64,000 bases of DNA from Longimicrobiales bacterium (GCA_965219445.1 CBDCNQ010000005.1:1408001-1472000); one strand, 5' to 3'. Shown: positions 19,201 through 29,489, counted from the stretch's first letter. Program-made: numbers and translations. Notes: generated by a model not told the origin, from the letters alone.

Positions 19201-20589
19201 ATGAGCCAACCCCGCGAACACTGGGGTTCCAACTTGGGCTTCATCCTGGCGGCGACCGGTAGTGCCATCGGGCTGGGTAACCTGTGGAAATTCCCGTTCA
19301 TCACGTGGGAGAACAACGGCGGCGCATTCGTACTGCTCTATCTCATGTGCATCGCGGGGGTGGGCCTGCCCATCATGATGGCCGAGCTCCTGATCGGCCG
19401 GAAAACGCAGAAGAGCCCGGTGGGTGCACTGAAAGAGGCGATCGGCCCCTGGTGGGGTTGGGTCGGCGCCTGGGGCGTCATGGCGGGCTTCATCATCCTC
19501 AGCTACTACGCCGTGGTGGCAGGATGGTCACTCTTCTACTTTGTGAAGACCATTGGGTGGAGTCTCGGTGGCTTCCCGGCGGGCATGCAGACTGGGGACC
19601 TCTTTACGGAGGTGATCGGAAACGGAGGCCTCCAGTTCCTCCTTGCGGGGCTCTTCATGGCAGCCACGGTGGGGATCGTTTACTTCGGGGTGCACAGCGG
19701 AATCGAGCGGGTGGCCCGTATTTCCCTTCCGGTCCTGTTCATTATCCTGGTCCTACTCCTCGTCAGCGCGCTCACTATGGAGGGCTCCGGCGAGGCGCTC
19801 GCCTTCATCTTCCGCCCGAACTTCAGTGAGTTGGAGCCCCGGGGCATCCTAGAGGCACTCGGCCACTCGTTCTTTACCCTGTCGCTCGGGATGGGGGCGA
19901 TGATCACCTACGGCTCGTACGTGGCCAAGGACCGGTCAATCGTGAACGCGGCAGGCACGATCGTTCTCCTCGATACGCTGATCGCGCTCTTCGCCACGGT
20001 CATCATGTTCTCGGTGATCTTCACCGTTCCGGGGATGAGCGAGCAGGTGAATCGGGGTGCGGCCGGGATGCTCTTCATCTCGCTGCCCGAGCTCTTCTAT
20101 AACGTCGTGCCCTTCGGGACGGTTCTGGGGCCCCTGTTCTATGTCCTGGTGGCGGTGGCTGCGCTCACATCCACGATCTCGCTACTCGAGGTCGTCGTGA
20201 GCTACTTCATCGACGAGCGGAACATGCCCCGGCCCAAGGCAACGCTGGTGAGCGGCGGCGCGATCTTCGTCTTCACCGTGCTCTCGGCGCTCTCCTTCGG
20301 CGCGCTGCCGGCCCTGTCGACCTTCGAGATCTTCGGGGGGAAAGCGGGTGTCTTCTTAACGCTCGACCACTTCGCCTCGAACTGGGCGCTGCCGCTCGGC
20401 GGGCTGTTGATCACGCTGGGAGCGGGCTGGTTCATGACCCGTGAGGCGACCGAGGGAGAGCTGGTGGACGAAACTACGCCTGGATGGTTCCGCTACGGCG
20501 CCTGGCGGTTCTTCATGCGTTATGTGGCGCCGGTCGCGGTGACGGCGATCCTGATCGCCGTGATCTTCTTCGGGGTGGACTTCTCCTAA
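19201..20589 (+). CDS. Sodium-dependent transporter (NSS/SNF, LeuT-like)
   Basis: GSAIGLGNLWKFP, GGAF, FFTLSLGMG, AALTSTISLLE. Confidence 0.93.
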   Translation: MSQPREHWGSNLGFILAATGSAIGLGNLWKFPFITWENNGGAFVLLYLMCIAGVGLPIMMAELLIGRKTQKSPVGALKEAIGPWWGWVGAWGVMAGFIILSYYAVVAGWSLFYFVKTIGWSLGGFPAGMQTGDLFTEVIGNGGLQFLLAGLFMAATVGIVYFGVHSGIERVARISLPVLFIILVLLLVSALTMEGSGEALAFIFRPNFSELEPRGILEALGHSFFTLSLGMGAMITYGSYVAKDRSIVNAAGTIVLLDTLIALFATVIMFSVIFTVPGMSEQVNRGAAGMLFISLPELFYNVVPFGTVLGPLFYVLVAVAALTSTISLLEVVVSYFIDERNMPRPKATLVSGGAIFVFTVLSALSFGALPALSTFEIFGGKAGVFLTLDHFASNWALPLGGLLITLGAGWFMTREATEGELVDETTPGWFRYGAWRFFMRYVAPVAVTAILIAVIFFGVDFS

Positions 20590-20664
20590 GAGGGCTCCGA
20601 CTCGCGTGCTACCTCCGACGCTGTTCGTGGACGCCATGATGGTACGTGTATTGATCCTCGAGCC

Positions 20665-21540
20665 GTGAAAGCTCTAGCCACTCGCCTGAAGAAGCTGGCC
20701 CTCCGTCCCCTCTGGACGGAATCCGCCGTTTATCGGACCCGCCGCCGCGGTCAGCTTCTCCTGACCATGCCTTTCGTACTCCTGGCCGGTCTGACCTGGG
20801 GCTTCTTCTCCGCTCCCGCTATGGGCGAGGGCTCCACGCTCTTTTGGAGTGTCATGGGAACTATGGGCTTCGGGCTCTTCTTCTACCTGGAGCAGAGGCT
20901 GCTCCCGGTCGTGGCGGCGATGGCCGACCGCACCGGGCTGGGTGCCCTGGCAGTGCTGGCGTGGGAAGTAGGCGTGGTGGGGGGTCTCATCTTCCTCTTC
21001 ACCACTGTCCTGGGTGCCCCAACCGTCCCGGCCGTTGCCCTCGCCATCGGCTTCGGAGTGATCTACAGCCTTGGGATGGAATACCTCGTCTTTGGTCCAG
21101 CAGCGGACCATGTGGCTAACCTTTGGGGCATGGGCCGGGGCTGGTCGGGGCCAAGGGGCCCGGACTACTCCCACGCCGAGGCGCTGGAGAAACGAGGAGA
21201 CCTCGAGGGTGCGATGGAAATCTACAAAGATGCCATCTGGATGAACCGGAAAGATCCCGAGGCCTACGTTCGGCTGGCGGCTCTCCGGAACCGTGCGGGC
21301 CTCTACGAAGAGGCCATCGATATCCTACGCAGAGCCTTGGTTGTGGCACAGTTCAGCGCCCTGGGAAAGGCTCTGGTCGTCCGGGAGATCCATGAGATCT
21401 CCTCGACGCGTCTCGGAGATCCAGCGAGGGCCGCTCCCGATCTCGCCCGATATCTAGAGGGCCAGTCGGAGGGGGAGCACGCGGAGTGGGCCCGCCGTGA
21501 GCTCGCCTACATCAAGGAGCACATGGGCGAAGACGGCTGA
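20665..21540 (+). CDS. Membrane protein with C-terminal TPR-like repeats
   Basis: About 4 N-terminal TM segments; AEALEKRGDLEGA/AYVRLA/GLYEEAIDIL helical repeats. Confidence 0.65.
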   Translation: MKALATRLKKLALRPLWTESAVYRTRRRGQLLLTMPFVLLAGLTWGFFSAPAMGEGSTLFWSVMGTMGFGLFFYLEQRLLPVVAAMADRTGLGALAVLAWEVGVVGGLIFLFTTVLGAPTVPAVALAIGFGVIYSLGMEYLVFGPAADHVANLWGMGRGWSGPRGPDYSHAEALEKRGDLEGAMEIYKDAIWMNRKDPEAYVRLAALRNRAGLYEEAIDILRRALVVAQFSALGKALVVREIHEISSTRLGDPARAAPDLARYLEGQSEGEHAEWARRELAYIKEHMGEDG

Positions 21541-21621
21541 CGTGGACGTCTGGCCATACTACCATGACAACAGGTCCAACCCCCATCAGGTCATACGTGG
21601 TGGTGATCCAACCCGGCGCAG

Positions 21622-23025
21622 ATGGACATGACTGAACTTCAGCGAAAGCTCACGGCCATCCTCAGTGCAGACGTCAAAGGGTATAGCCGCTTGATGAGCG
21701 AGGATGAAGCAGACACGATCCTCACCTTGACCGCCTACCGTGAAGTCATCGCAGAGAGTGTCTATAACCATGGCGGCCGGGTCATAGACTCGCCTGGGGA
21801 CAACCTATTAGCCGAGTTTGAGAGCATAGTGCAGGCCGTCGAGTCGGCGGTGGAGATACAGCGAACGCTCCGGGAGAAAAACCAAGAGCGTCCCGAGATT
21901 CGCAAGATGGAGTTCCGTATCGGGATCAATATCGGGGACGTCGTGATTGAAGGTGACCGGCTCTACGGCGACGGGGTCAACGTCGCTGCTCGGCTGGAGG
22001 CACTCGCCGAAGGCGGCGGGATCTGCATCTCGAGCGACGCATATCGCCAGGTCGAGGGAAAGCTGTCCCTCGCATTTGAGGACTTGGGTGAGCAGCGGCT
22101 CAAGAACATCGCCAGGCCTGTCCGCGCGTACAGGATTCGGATGGAGGGCGGTGGTGGCACCCCGCCGGCGTCCGCAAGTGAGCCACCAACAACGCAACCG
22201 GAGATCCGCTTCTGTACGGCATCCGATGGAGTCCGAATCGCCTTCGCCACTGCCGGCCAAGGCCCGCCGCTGGTCAAGGCAGCCAACTGGCTGAACCACC
22301 TCGAGTATGATTGGCAGAGCCCCGTTTGGCGTCATCTGCTGCACGAGCTTCCGAAGGATCACTTGCTGATCCGGTATGACGAGCGGGGTAATGGGCTCTC
22401 CGACCGGGAGGTCGACGATATTTCCTTCGAGGCATTCATAAAAGATCTGGAGATCGTCGTCGATTCCGTCGGACTGGAGCGTTTCGCGCTCTTCGGAATC
22501 TCACAAGGATGCGCAGTTTCCGCCGTCTACGCAGTGAGGCATCCCGAACGCGTCACGCACCTGGTGCTGTACGGTGGATACGCCAGAGGTGCGCGGAAGC
22601 GTGGCTCGCCAGAGGCGATTGAGGCGGCGGACGCCATGCTGACCCTCATGAGACACGGATGGGGCTCGGAAAACGCTGCGTTTCGACAGATGTTCACGTC
22701 GCGTTTCGTCCCCGATGGGACGGCGGCACAGATGCAGTGGTTCAACGATCTTCAGCGTGTAACTGTCTCGCCGGAGAACGCGGTCCGGATTCGTCGGGTG
22801 CTCGATGAGATAGACGTAGACTCCTTCCTTTCCGAGATCACGGCTCCGACGCTGGTCCTGCATTGCCGCGATGACGGGGCCGTACCGTTCGAAGAGGGAC
22901 GAAGAATGGCCGCTATGATCCCTGGGGCTCGCTTCGTTGCTCTAGAAGGAAGGAACCACCTCATCCTCGAAGACGAGCCCGCCTGGCCTCGATTCTTGCA
23001 CGAGGTGAGGGCTTTTCTCGCCTAG
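21622..23025 (+). CDS. Class III nucleotide cyclase fused to alpha/beta hydrolase
   Basis: ILSADVKGYS, GDNLLAEF, FRIGINIGDV, GDGVNVAARLE; hydrolase YDERGNG, GISQG, RDD, NH. Confidence 0.88.
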   Translation: MDMTELQRKLTAILSADVKGYSRLMSEDEADTILTLTAYREVIAESVYNHGGRVIDSPGDNLLAEFESIVQAVESAVEIQRTLREKNQERPEIRKMEFRIGINIGDVVIEGDRLYGDGVNVAARLEALAEGGGICISSDAYRQVEGKLSLAFEDLGEQRLKNIARPVRAYRIRMEGGGGTPPASASEPPTTQPEIRFCTASDGVRIAFATAGQGPPLVKAANWLNHLEYDWQSPVWRHLLHELPKDHLLIRYDERGNGLSDREVDDISFEAFIKDLEIVVDSVGLERFALFGISQGCAVSAVYAVRHPERVTHLVLYGGYARGARKRGSPEAIEAADAMLTLMRHGWGSENAAFRQMFTSRFVPDGTAAQMQWFNDLQRVTVSPENAVRIRRVLDEIDVDSFLSEITAPTLVLHCRDDGAVPFEEGRRMAAMIPGARFVALEGRNHLILEDEPAWPRFLHEVRAFLA

Positions 23026-23068
23026 GAAAACTCTCAGCGTCCCGGAGTCGAAAGGAGCCTGGTTCGAG

Positions 23069-23536
23069 ATGTCCGTCAAACGGCCCGTCATCCTCTTCGA
23101 TGGCGTCTGCAACCTCTGCAATTCTACGGTCCAGTGGGTGATCGAGCGTGACAAGGAGGGGCGATTCGATTTCGCCACCCTCCAGTCAGACGCAGCTCGC
23201 CGAGAGCTGGGAAAAGTCATGGGCGAGAAAGCGATCAACGCGCTCCCCGATAGCATCGTCCTCCTCGACTCGGACGGCGTACATATCCGTTCGGCGGCGG
23301 CCCTGCGGATCGCGCGCAGGCTGGGCTCTCGGTTCACTCTGCTCCGCCTGGGAATTCTGCTCCCCCGACCAATCCGGGACGCGGTCTACAACCTGATCGC
23401 GCGTAACCGCTACCGCTGGTTCGGTCGACGAGACACGTGCATGACGCCAACCCCTGATCTCGCGGCACGCTTCCTCGACGCAGACGAGCCCCGTCCTCCC
23501 ACTACACTTCGATCGCAGGGGCATGGCCCCAACTGA
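23069..23536 (+). CDS. DCC1-like thiol-disulfide oxidoreductase (DUF393/YuxK)
   Basis: FDGVCNLC (DxxCxLC), RSAAAL, YNLIARNRYRWFG. Confidence 0.88.
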   Translation: MSVKRPVILFDGVCNLCNSTVQWVIERDKEGRFDFATLQSDAARRELGKVMGEKAINALPDSIVLLDSDGVHIRSAAALRIARRLGSRFTLLRLGILLPRPIRDAVYNLIARNRYRWFGRRDTCMTPTPDLAARFLDADEPRPPTTLRSQGHGPN

Positions 23537-23590
23537 CGTGACCGTCTAGGGCATTACGCTCGCGTACAGGATCGAGAATTTCCTTTAAGT

Positions 23591-24019
23591 CTACCTCGTG
23601 CTTGAAGCATCGTGAGCCCGGTTGCCGACCCACAGACCCAACGAGACCCCAGCGACCGAAGCCAGGACGTCCACGACCGAGCCGGAAGCATAAGCCCAGG
23701 TCAGGGGTTGGTAGAGGGCGATGATCATCAGGTCGACGGCCTCCTTGGTCAAAATCAGGATCCCTAGGAGGACCCCCGCCGCCTTGGGGCGCCACAACCA
23801 GGCAAGTGCACCGGCGAGGGAAGCCGAGACGATGACGTGGGCCGGCAGCGCCGCCGGGATGCCCAGCCAAATCCGATCGCTCAAGTCGAAAGGCCTTTGC
23901 ACGGCCTCGAGGAACGAGATTATCCTGGACCGTGAGACCACTCCCACGCACGAAGCCAGAGCGGGAAGACTAGCCCAAACAGCCGCTCTCGCCGTCCGAT
24001 GTGCGAGCCTCAAGTTCAA
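23591..24019 (-). CDS. Hypothetical membrane protein
   Basis: Several hydrophobic segments; fills gap between genes; start codon uncertain. Confidence 0.5.
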   Translation of the reverse strand: MNLRLAHRTARAAVWASLPALASCVGVVSRSRIISFLEAVQRPFDLSDRIWLGIPAALPAHVIVSASLAGALAWLWRPKAAGVLLGILILTKEAVDLMIIALYQPLTWAYASGSVVDVLASVAGVSLGLWVGNRAHDASSTR

Positions 24020-24088
24020 CCACCTCCCGATCGGTACAGAATGACTCGGGCTTTCTCCAACTGTACTCCTTCAACAGCCTTCATCGGA

Positions 24089-24161
24089 TGGTCGCTACTG
24101 GACTCGAACCAGTGACCCCTACGATGTGAACGTAGTGCTCTACCAACTGAGCTAAGCGACC
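24089..24161 (-). tRNA. tRNA-Val (CAC)
   Basis: GGTCGCT/AGCGACC acceptor stem, AGCTCAGTTGGTAGAGC D-arm, CTACG-TTCACAT-CGTAG anticodon arm, GGTTCGAGTCC T-arm; CCA not encoded. Confidence 0.95.
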
Positions 24162-24168
24162 CGCACCA

Positions 24169-24241
24169 TACCCCCACGGGGAATCGAACCCCGGTTTCCT
24201 GGCTGAGAACCAGGTGTCCTAGGCCACTAGACGATGGGGGC
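24169..24241 (-). tRNA. tRNA-Glu (CTC)
   Basis: GCCCCCA/TGGGGGT acceptor stem, CCTGG-TTCTCAG-CCAGG anticodon arm, GGTTCGATTCC T-arm; CCA not encoded. Confidence 0.95.
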
Positions 24242-24272
24242 AAACGCGCGACTCCTCGCGACGAGGGCCGAA

Positions 24273-24301
24273 AGAATATACACCATCGAAGGCCGATTCA
24301 A
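24273..24301 (-). promoter_or_regulatory. Sigma70-type promoter of the tRNA-Glu/Val pair
   Basis: TTGAAT-N17-TATTCT about 30 nt upstream of tRNA-Glu. Confidence 0.6.
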
Positions 24302-24384
24302 GCCCCGGAACGGTCTGGTGTCTCTGGGTTAACTCAACACCCCTCAACCGGTTCCCGCCGCATTGGGAGAACACTTGGAAATAA

Positions 24385-24675
24385 ATGACCGATAAGCTGA
24401 ACGACGAGTCCATCGACGGATGGCTGAAGGGCCGAAAGGGGTGGAAACGCTCGGGAAACGCCCTTACCAAGGACTTCGATTTCCCCTCTTTTCGTGACGC
24501 CATCGTATTTGTAAATCGTGTCGCCAGTCTCGCAGACGACTTCGATCACCACCCGGACATCGACATACGTTACACGACCGTAAGTCTATCGCTTACGACC
24601 CACAGCGCCGACGGCCTTACGGAGAGGGACCTGAAACTGGCCGAGGGGGTCGACTTCGCGACCTCGGCGCCCTGA
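24385..24675 (+). CDS. phhB: Pterin-4-alpha-carbinolamine dehydratase
   Basis: F.F.SFRDA..FVNRVA, DHHPDI, LTTHSADGLTERD. Confidence 0.92.
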   Translation: MTDKLNDESIDGWLKGRKGWKRSGNALTKDFDFPSFRDAIVFVNRVASLADDFDHHPDIDIRYTTVSLSLTTHSADGLTERDLKLAEGVDFATSAP

Positions 24676-24701
24676 CCGGTCCATGGACCGATCGACCCAG
24701 A

Positions 24702-26078
24702 CTAGAGGCCGTTGGCGATGGTCTCGACGAGACAGGTGATGCCGAACTCGACCTGCGCATCGCTCGATACCGCCGGCGGGGCGATCTCGACGACCTCACC
24801 CTGACCGCCGGCCGGCAACACCAATAGCCCCTGAGCCAGAGCGGCTTCAGCCACCCGGGCGCCAGCACCCGCCGCGGGCCCACCGTCCTCAGAGCAAAGC
24901 TCGATCCCGATCAGCAGCCCGAGACCGCGGACCTGCTTCACACCAGGCAGAGTCGAGAGGGATTCGTCTAAACGATTCACGATGCGCTCCCCGATGTCGA
25001 GACTCCGATGGACCAGTCTCTCCTCCTCCAGAACGTCGAGGAAAGCCAGCCCCGTTGCACAGGACAACGGATGACCGAGAAAGGTGCTGGTGTGAAGCGC
25101 CTCGCCTCCCGACTCGGGCCACGCGTCCATGACCTCACGGGATCCTAGGCAGGCGCTCAGCGGAAGCCCTCCACCCAGGGCCTTCCCGAGGCACACTAGA
25201 TCTGGGAGCACCCCCTCGCGTTCGTGCTCGAAGACGACACCGGTGCGGCCCAAACCGGTGAAGATTTCATCGAAGATGAGGAGCGAGCCGTCCGCACGCG
25301 TCAACTCTGCGAGTCCGGCGAGGAATCCGGGAGGTGGAATGAGGACACCCGCCCGGCCCTGCACGGGCTCCACGACGATGGCCCCGACGGGTCGGCGGGG
25401 CTGACCCGCTTCCCGGTGAACACCCTCCGACAACATCCGTTGGACCTCGGCGAGCGCTTCCTCTGCCTCCTCTTTCACCCGAGGGTACGGTGCGAAAGAC
25501 ACCCCCTGGTGAACGCGGGCGCGAAACGGCTCCCTGAAGTCGGGCCGTGCCGTCACGGCAAGGCTTCCGAGGGTGAGCCCATGGTACGCACCTTCGAACG
25601 CGATGATTCCAGAGCGGCCGGTGTGTAGCTCTGCCGTTTTCAGCGCCGCCTCCATCGCCTCCGACCCCGAGGAAGCGAGCACGGTCCTCGTCTCCTCCCA
25701 GGGAGCGAGGGCACTCAGTCGTTCCAGGAGTGCAACCTTGAGTGCAGGGGGATGCACGTCTCCCATGCCGTGGACGAGGCGCTCGGATTGCTCCACCAGC
25801 GCGGTTTGAATCCGGGGATGGGCGTGACCCGCGAACGAGACGCCGAAGCCCCCCGTAAAGTCGACGTAGACGTTTCCGTCCACATCACGGACGTTGGCAC
25901 CCCGGGCTTCCTCCCAAAAGACCGGAAAGTCCTCGGATAGATAGGTGACGTTACGGGACTCGACCGAGCGCAAGCGCTCCGCGAGCGCCCGCGATCCCGG
26001 CCCGGGCGGGGACGCCACCAGCGACGGTAGGATTGAGCCGAACTCAGACGCTGGGTCGGGCACACCGTACTCCTTCAA
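24702..26078 (-). CDS. Class III PLP aminotransferase (GABA/acetylornithine-like)
   Basis: DVDGNVYVDF, SGSEAME, AYHG, VEPVQG, FDEIFTGLGRTG, GKALGGG, STFLG. Confidence 0.88.
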   Translation of the reverse strand: MKEYGVPDPASEFGSILPSLVASPPGPGSRALAERLRSVESRNVTYLSEDFPVFWEEARGANVRDVDGNVYVDFTGGFGVSFAGHAHPRIQTALVEQSERLVHGMGDVHPPALKVALLERLSALAPWEETRTVLASSGSEAMEAALKTAELHTGRSGIIAFEGAYHGLTLGSLAVTARPDFREPFRARVHQGVSFAPYPRVKEEAEEALAEVQRMLSEGVHREAGQPRRPVGAIVVEPVQGRAGVLIPPPGFLAGLAELTRADGSLLIFDEIFTGLGRTGVVFEHEREGVLPDLVCLGKALGGGLPLSACLGSREVMDAWPESGGEALHTSTFLGHPLSCATGLAFLDVLEEERLVHRSLDIGERIVNRLDESLSTLPGVKQVRGLGLLIGIELCSEDGGPAAGAGARVAEAALAQGLLVLPAGGQGEVVEIAPPAVSSDAQVEFGITCLVETIANGL

Positions 26079-26084
26079 CCGCCT

Positions 26085-26984
26085 TCAGTCCCCTCCGAGC
26101 TGGCCCTCTGCGGGCATGCCCATGGCGTGGAAGCCCATGTCCACGTGCAGAGTCTCGCCCGTGACCGCCCTTCCCAAGGGGGAGCAAAGGAACGCGGCCA
26201 CGTTGCCGACGTCCTCCGCCGTGTTCACGTCGGCAAGCGCTGCATTCGCCCGGTAGTAATCGACCATTCGGTCAATCGTACCGATCGCCTTGGCCGCACG
26301 ACTCGCCAGTGGGCCGGCCGAAATCGTGTTCACCCGGATACCCCAGCGACGCCCGGCCTCGAATGCAAGCGTTCGCGTATCGCTTTCCAGCGCAGCCTTC
26401 GCCGAACTCATGCCTCCGCCATAGCCCGGAACGACGCGCTCGCCCGCGAGATACGTCAGGGAGACCACCGAGCCTCCCTGCTTCATGAGAGGACCGAAGC
26501 GCTGGACCAGGCTGACCATGGAATATGCGCTGGCGCTCACGGCGGCCAGATATCCAGCGCGGCTGGTGTCGACGAGCGGCTTCTGCACCTCTGGGCCGTT
26601 CGCCAACGCATGGACCAGGACGTCCAAGCACCCCTCGCCCAGTTCGTCCCTGAGGCTGTCGGCAACCTCCTGGACCGTATAACCCGAGAGATCCCGGTAT
26701 CTCTTGTCCTCTCGAATCTCCTCCGGGACATCGGCGGGCGTGTCGAACGCCGCGTCAAGCGGATGGATCTTTTCGAACTCGATCTCACCTCCTCCCGGAA
26801 GACTGAGATCGAACTTCCCGCGCTCCATACTCTTGAAGAAGATGTTGAGGACGGGAGGCCACGTGCCCACACGCACCAACGCGCCAGCCTGCACGAGCGC
26901 GCGCACGATGGCCCAGCCGTACCCCCTGTCGTCGCCGACGCCTGCGACGAACGCCCTCTTTCCGGTCAGGTCGAGGGATAGCAT
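26085..26984 (-). CDS. fabI: Enoyl-ACP reductase, plant/Chlamydia-type
   Basis: SD AAGGAG before ATG 26984; [55 protein letters not shown]. Confidence 0.9.
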   Translation of the reverse strand: MLSLDLTGKRAFVAGVGDDRGYGWAIVRALVQAGALVRVGTWPPVLNIFFKSMERGKFDLSLPGGGEIEFEKIHPLDAAFDTPADVPEEIREDKRYRDLSGYTVQEVADSLRDELGEGCLDVLVHALANGPEVQKPLVDTSRAGYLAAVSASAYSMVSLVQRFGPLMKQGGSVVSLTYLAGERVVPGYGGGMSSAKAALESDTRTLAFEAGRRWGIRVNTISAGPLASRAAKAIGTIDRMVDYYRANAALADVNTAEDVGNVAAFLCSPLGRAVTGETLHVDMGFHAMGMPAEGQLGGD

Positions 26985-27044
26985 GACATCCAGCTCCTTC
27001 CGCTGTCGTTTCATTCTTGGTCGGCTCGAACCAGCACGTCCATC

Positions 27045-27715
27045 CTACGATAAGACCCAAGCGCCCAGGGCAAGGTAGGAGCCGAACAGTACGACCCCCT
27101 CCCTGCGCCGAATCACCAACCGCATACGTCACGTATGGCGAACGCCCCGAGCACCAGCCCCACCATGCCCAGGATGATAAAAACTACGTCCCTCGCAATC
27201 GTCCGGGGAGATAGACCGACCGCCGTCCTGGTGGATTCATCATACTCGCCCAGCGTTTTCGTGTCCTCCTCCTTGGCCGTGCGAAGAACGTAGGAGAGAT
27301 AGGCAAACAGTATCGCCACGAGCACGACGCCCTCGAGGCGCCCGACGTACTGGTTCCAGATCAGTGGCAGGAGCAGTACGGTGACGAGGACCATCACCGT
27401 AACCTCTCTCGTCACAACGCGCGCGGAGACATGCAGAGGCTGCAGGATCGCGCTGATCCCCAGGACGAGGCCGACGTTCGCCAGATTCGACCCCATCACG
27501 TTGCCGATGGCGAGATCGGGACTGCCGCTCAGCGACGCCACCACCGAGATCATGAGTTCAGGAGCCGACGTGCCCATGGAGACGACCGTAAGACCTACGA
27601 CGATCGGGCTCACACCGAGCGAGGTTGCTAGCTTCGCACTGCCACGGACGAGCCACTCGGCGCCGAAATACAAGACGCCGAGGCCACCGACGAAGAGCAG
27701 AATCTCACGCGTCAT
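27045..27715 (-). pseudogene. yrbG: Ca2+/Na+ antiporter (YrbG/CaCA family) with internal deletion
   Basis: First alpha repeat (GTSAPEL, GNVMGSN) present, second absent; out-of-frame C-terminal remnant IRRREGVVLFGSYLALGAWVLS* at 27125-27045. Confidence 0.8.
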
Positions 27716-29484
27716 GTGCTCGTTCGCTGACGCCGGCTGAGCCACTCCTGGATTTCCTCCAGCGTCATCGTGTTCAGTACATCTCCCTTGTTCAGCCAGG
27801 CCCGCCGCGCCTGATCCACTCCGTAGGACATGTGGTCCAGCTGCTGGACCGAATGAGCATCGGTATTGATGCCGATCTTCACCCCCAACTCCTTCGCTCG
27901 GTGGGCGTGCACGTCGTTCAAATCAAGCCGATTCGGGTTCGCGTTGATTTCAACAGCCACGTCCAGATCGCGTGCCGCCTGCAGCACCTCTTCCATTTCG
28001 ATCTGAATGGGCTCCCGGCGGGCGAGAAGTCGTCCGGTGGGGTGACCGAGGATGTCCACCTGCGGATGCTGTATCGCCGTGATGACCCGATCCGTCATCA
28101 CGACCCGGTCCATATCCATGAGCGAGTGAACGGAGACCACCACGAGATCCAATGTCTCGAGGACCTCGTCGCTCATGTCGAGACTTCCGTCCCGGAGAAT
28201 ATCCACCTCCAGGCCCTTGAAGATCGTGATCCCGTCCAGCCCATCCTGAATGCGAGCAATTTCTTCCCACTGGTCCACGGCCCTTTCGGGCGTGATCCCC
28301 CCAACCATGGCCAAGGCCGGACTGTGGTCGCTCATGGCCAGATACCGGTACCCTCGGCCCTCACACGCCAGAGCCATCTCCTTTATGGAAGCCTTCCCAT
28401 CGCTCCACGTCGAATGCATGTGTAGATCACCCTGAATGTCATCCATCTCCAGCAGATCGGGGAGAGAGCCGTCGCCTGCCGCCTCCACCTCGCCACGGTT
28501 CTCACGCAATACGCAGGGCACCCAGGCCATACCGACCGCTTCGAATATGGATGCCTCGGTCTCGCCTGCGACGCGTTCACCCTCCTCCTTGCCCACCTCC
28601 TCCGGATCCACTCCCTCCGGCAATCGAAATACACCCCACTCGTTCACACGGAGGCCCTGCCGCTGGGCCATCTGACGAACGGCGACGTTGTGCTCCTTGG
28701 ATCCCGTGAAGTAATGCAGCGCCGCCCCGAAGGAACGTCGCGGAACGATTCGGAGGTCGACCTCCAGCCCGGATCGGAGCACGACGGCTCCACGCGTGTC
28801 CCCCGCCAACACGACCCGCTCCACCGACTCGAAAGCGGTGAAGTGCTCCATGACGGCGGGAGCCGGTAACTCTGCCTGCACGAGCAAGTCCACGTCCCCG
28901 ATGGTCTCATTGCGGCGCCGGTAGCTTCCCGCAACCTCCACGCGCTCCACGCACGATGCATCTCGCATGTGGTTCAAGAGGGGCTCGATCAGCTCGTCCA
29001 CCTTGGAGATGAGAAACCGACCGGAGTAACGCCGGAAATCTTCGATAGCCGTGAGGATCTTCTTCACGCTGGTCGCGCCGAACCCCTCAAGGCTTTCGAC
29101 GCGTCCCGCCTCCAAGGCCGCCTCGAGCTCATCAACCGTCGTAACCCCCAAGGACTCCCATAATTTCTTGGCCTTCTTGGGCCCCACACCATCGAGCTTC
29201 ACAAGCTGTACGAGAGATCTCGGAACTTCGGCAGCAACCTCCTCCAAACGAGCGAGTTCACCGGTCTCGACGAGCTCGACGATATGGGCGGACAGGTCCT
29301 TGCCGATTGCGGGCAAGGCTGTCAGATCCTCGCCGGCCTCCACCATGACCGAAAGAGGCCGTGTGAGCCCGCGTACGGTGCGGACCGCGTTGCGATAAGC
29401 CCGAATACGAAAAGGATTCGACCCGCTGATCTCCAACAGATCCCCGAGTTCCTCGAGGACACCCGCAATCTCGACATTCTCCAC
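27712..29484 (-). CDS. polX: DNA polymerase X with PHP domain
   Basis: NPFRIRAY, HhH motifs, GSYRR..TIGDVDLL, DLR, FTGSKEHN, DLHMHSTWSDG, SDHS, TDAH. Confidence 0.95.
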   Translation of the reverse strand: MENVEIAGVLEELGDLLEISGSNPFRIRAYRNAVRTVRGLTRPLSVMVEAGEDLTALPAIGKDLSAHIVELVETGELARLEEVAAEVPRSLVQLVKLDGVGPKKAKKLWESLGVTTVDELEAALEAGRVESLEGFGATSVKKILTAIEDFRRYSGRFLISKVDELIEPLLNHMRDASCVERVEVAGSYRRRNETIGDVDLLVQAELPAPAVMEHFTAFESVERVVLAGDTRGAVVLRSGLEVDLRIVPRRSFGAALHYFTGSKEHNVAVRQMAQRQGLRVNEWGVFRLPEGVDPEEVGKEEGERVAGETEASIFEAVGMAWVPCVLRENRGEVEAAGDGSLPDLLEMDDIQGDLHMHSTWSDGKASIKEMALACEGRGYRYLAMSDHSPALAMVGGITPERAVDQWEEIARIQDGLDGITIFKGLEVDILRDGSLDMSDEVLETLDLVVVSVHSLMDMDRVVMTDRVITAIQHPQVDILGHPTGRLLARREPIQIEMEEVLQAARDLDVAVEINANPNRLDLNDVHAHRAKELGVKIGINTDAHSVQQLDHMSYGVDQARRAWLNKGDVLNTMTLEEIQEWLSRRQRTST

Positions 29485-29489
29485 GGCGG

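Noticed and set aside
23055..23070. CTGGTTCGAG resembling the tRNA-Val T-arm (possible att site of a tRNA-integrated island)
   Set aside because: Only about 10 nt, wrong orientation for a direct repeat, and no integrase
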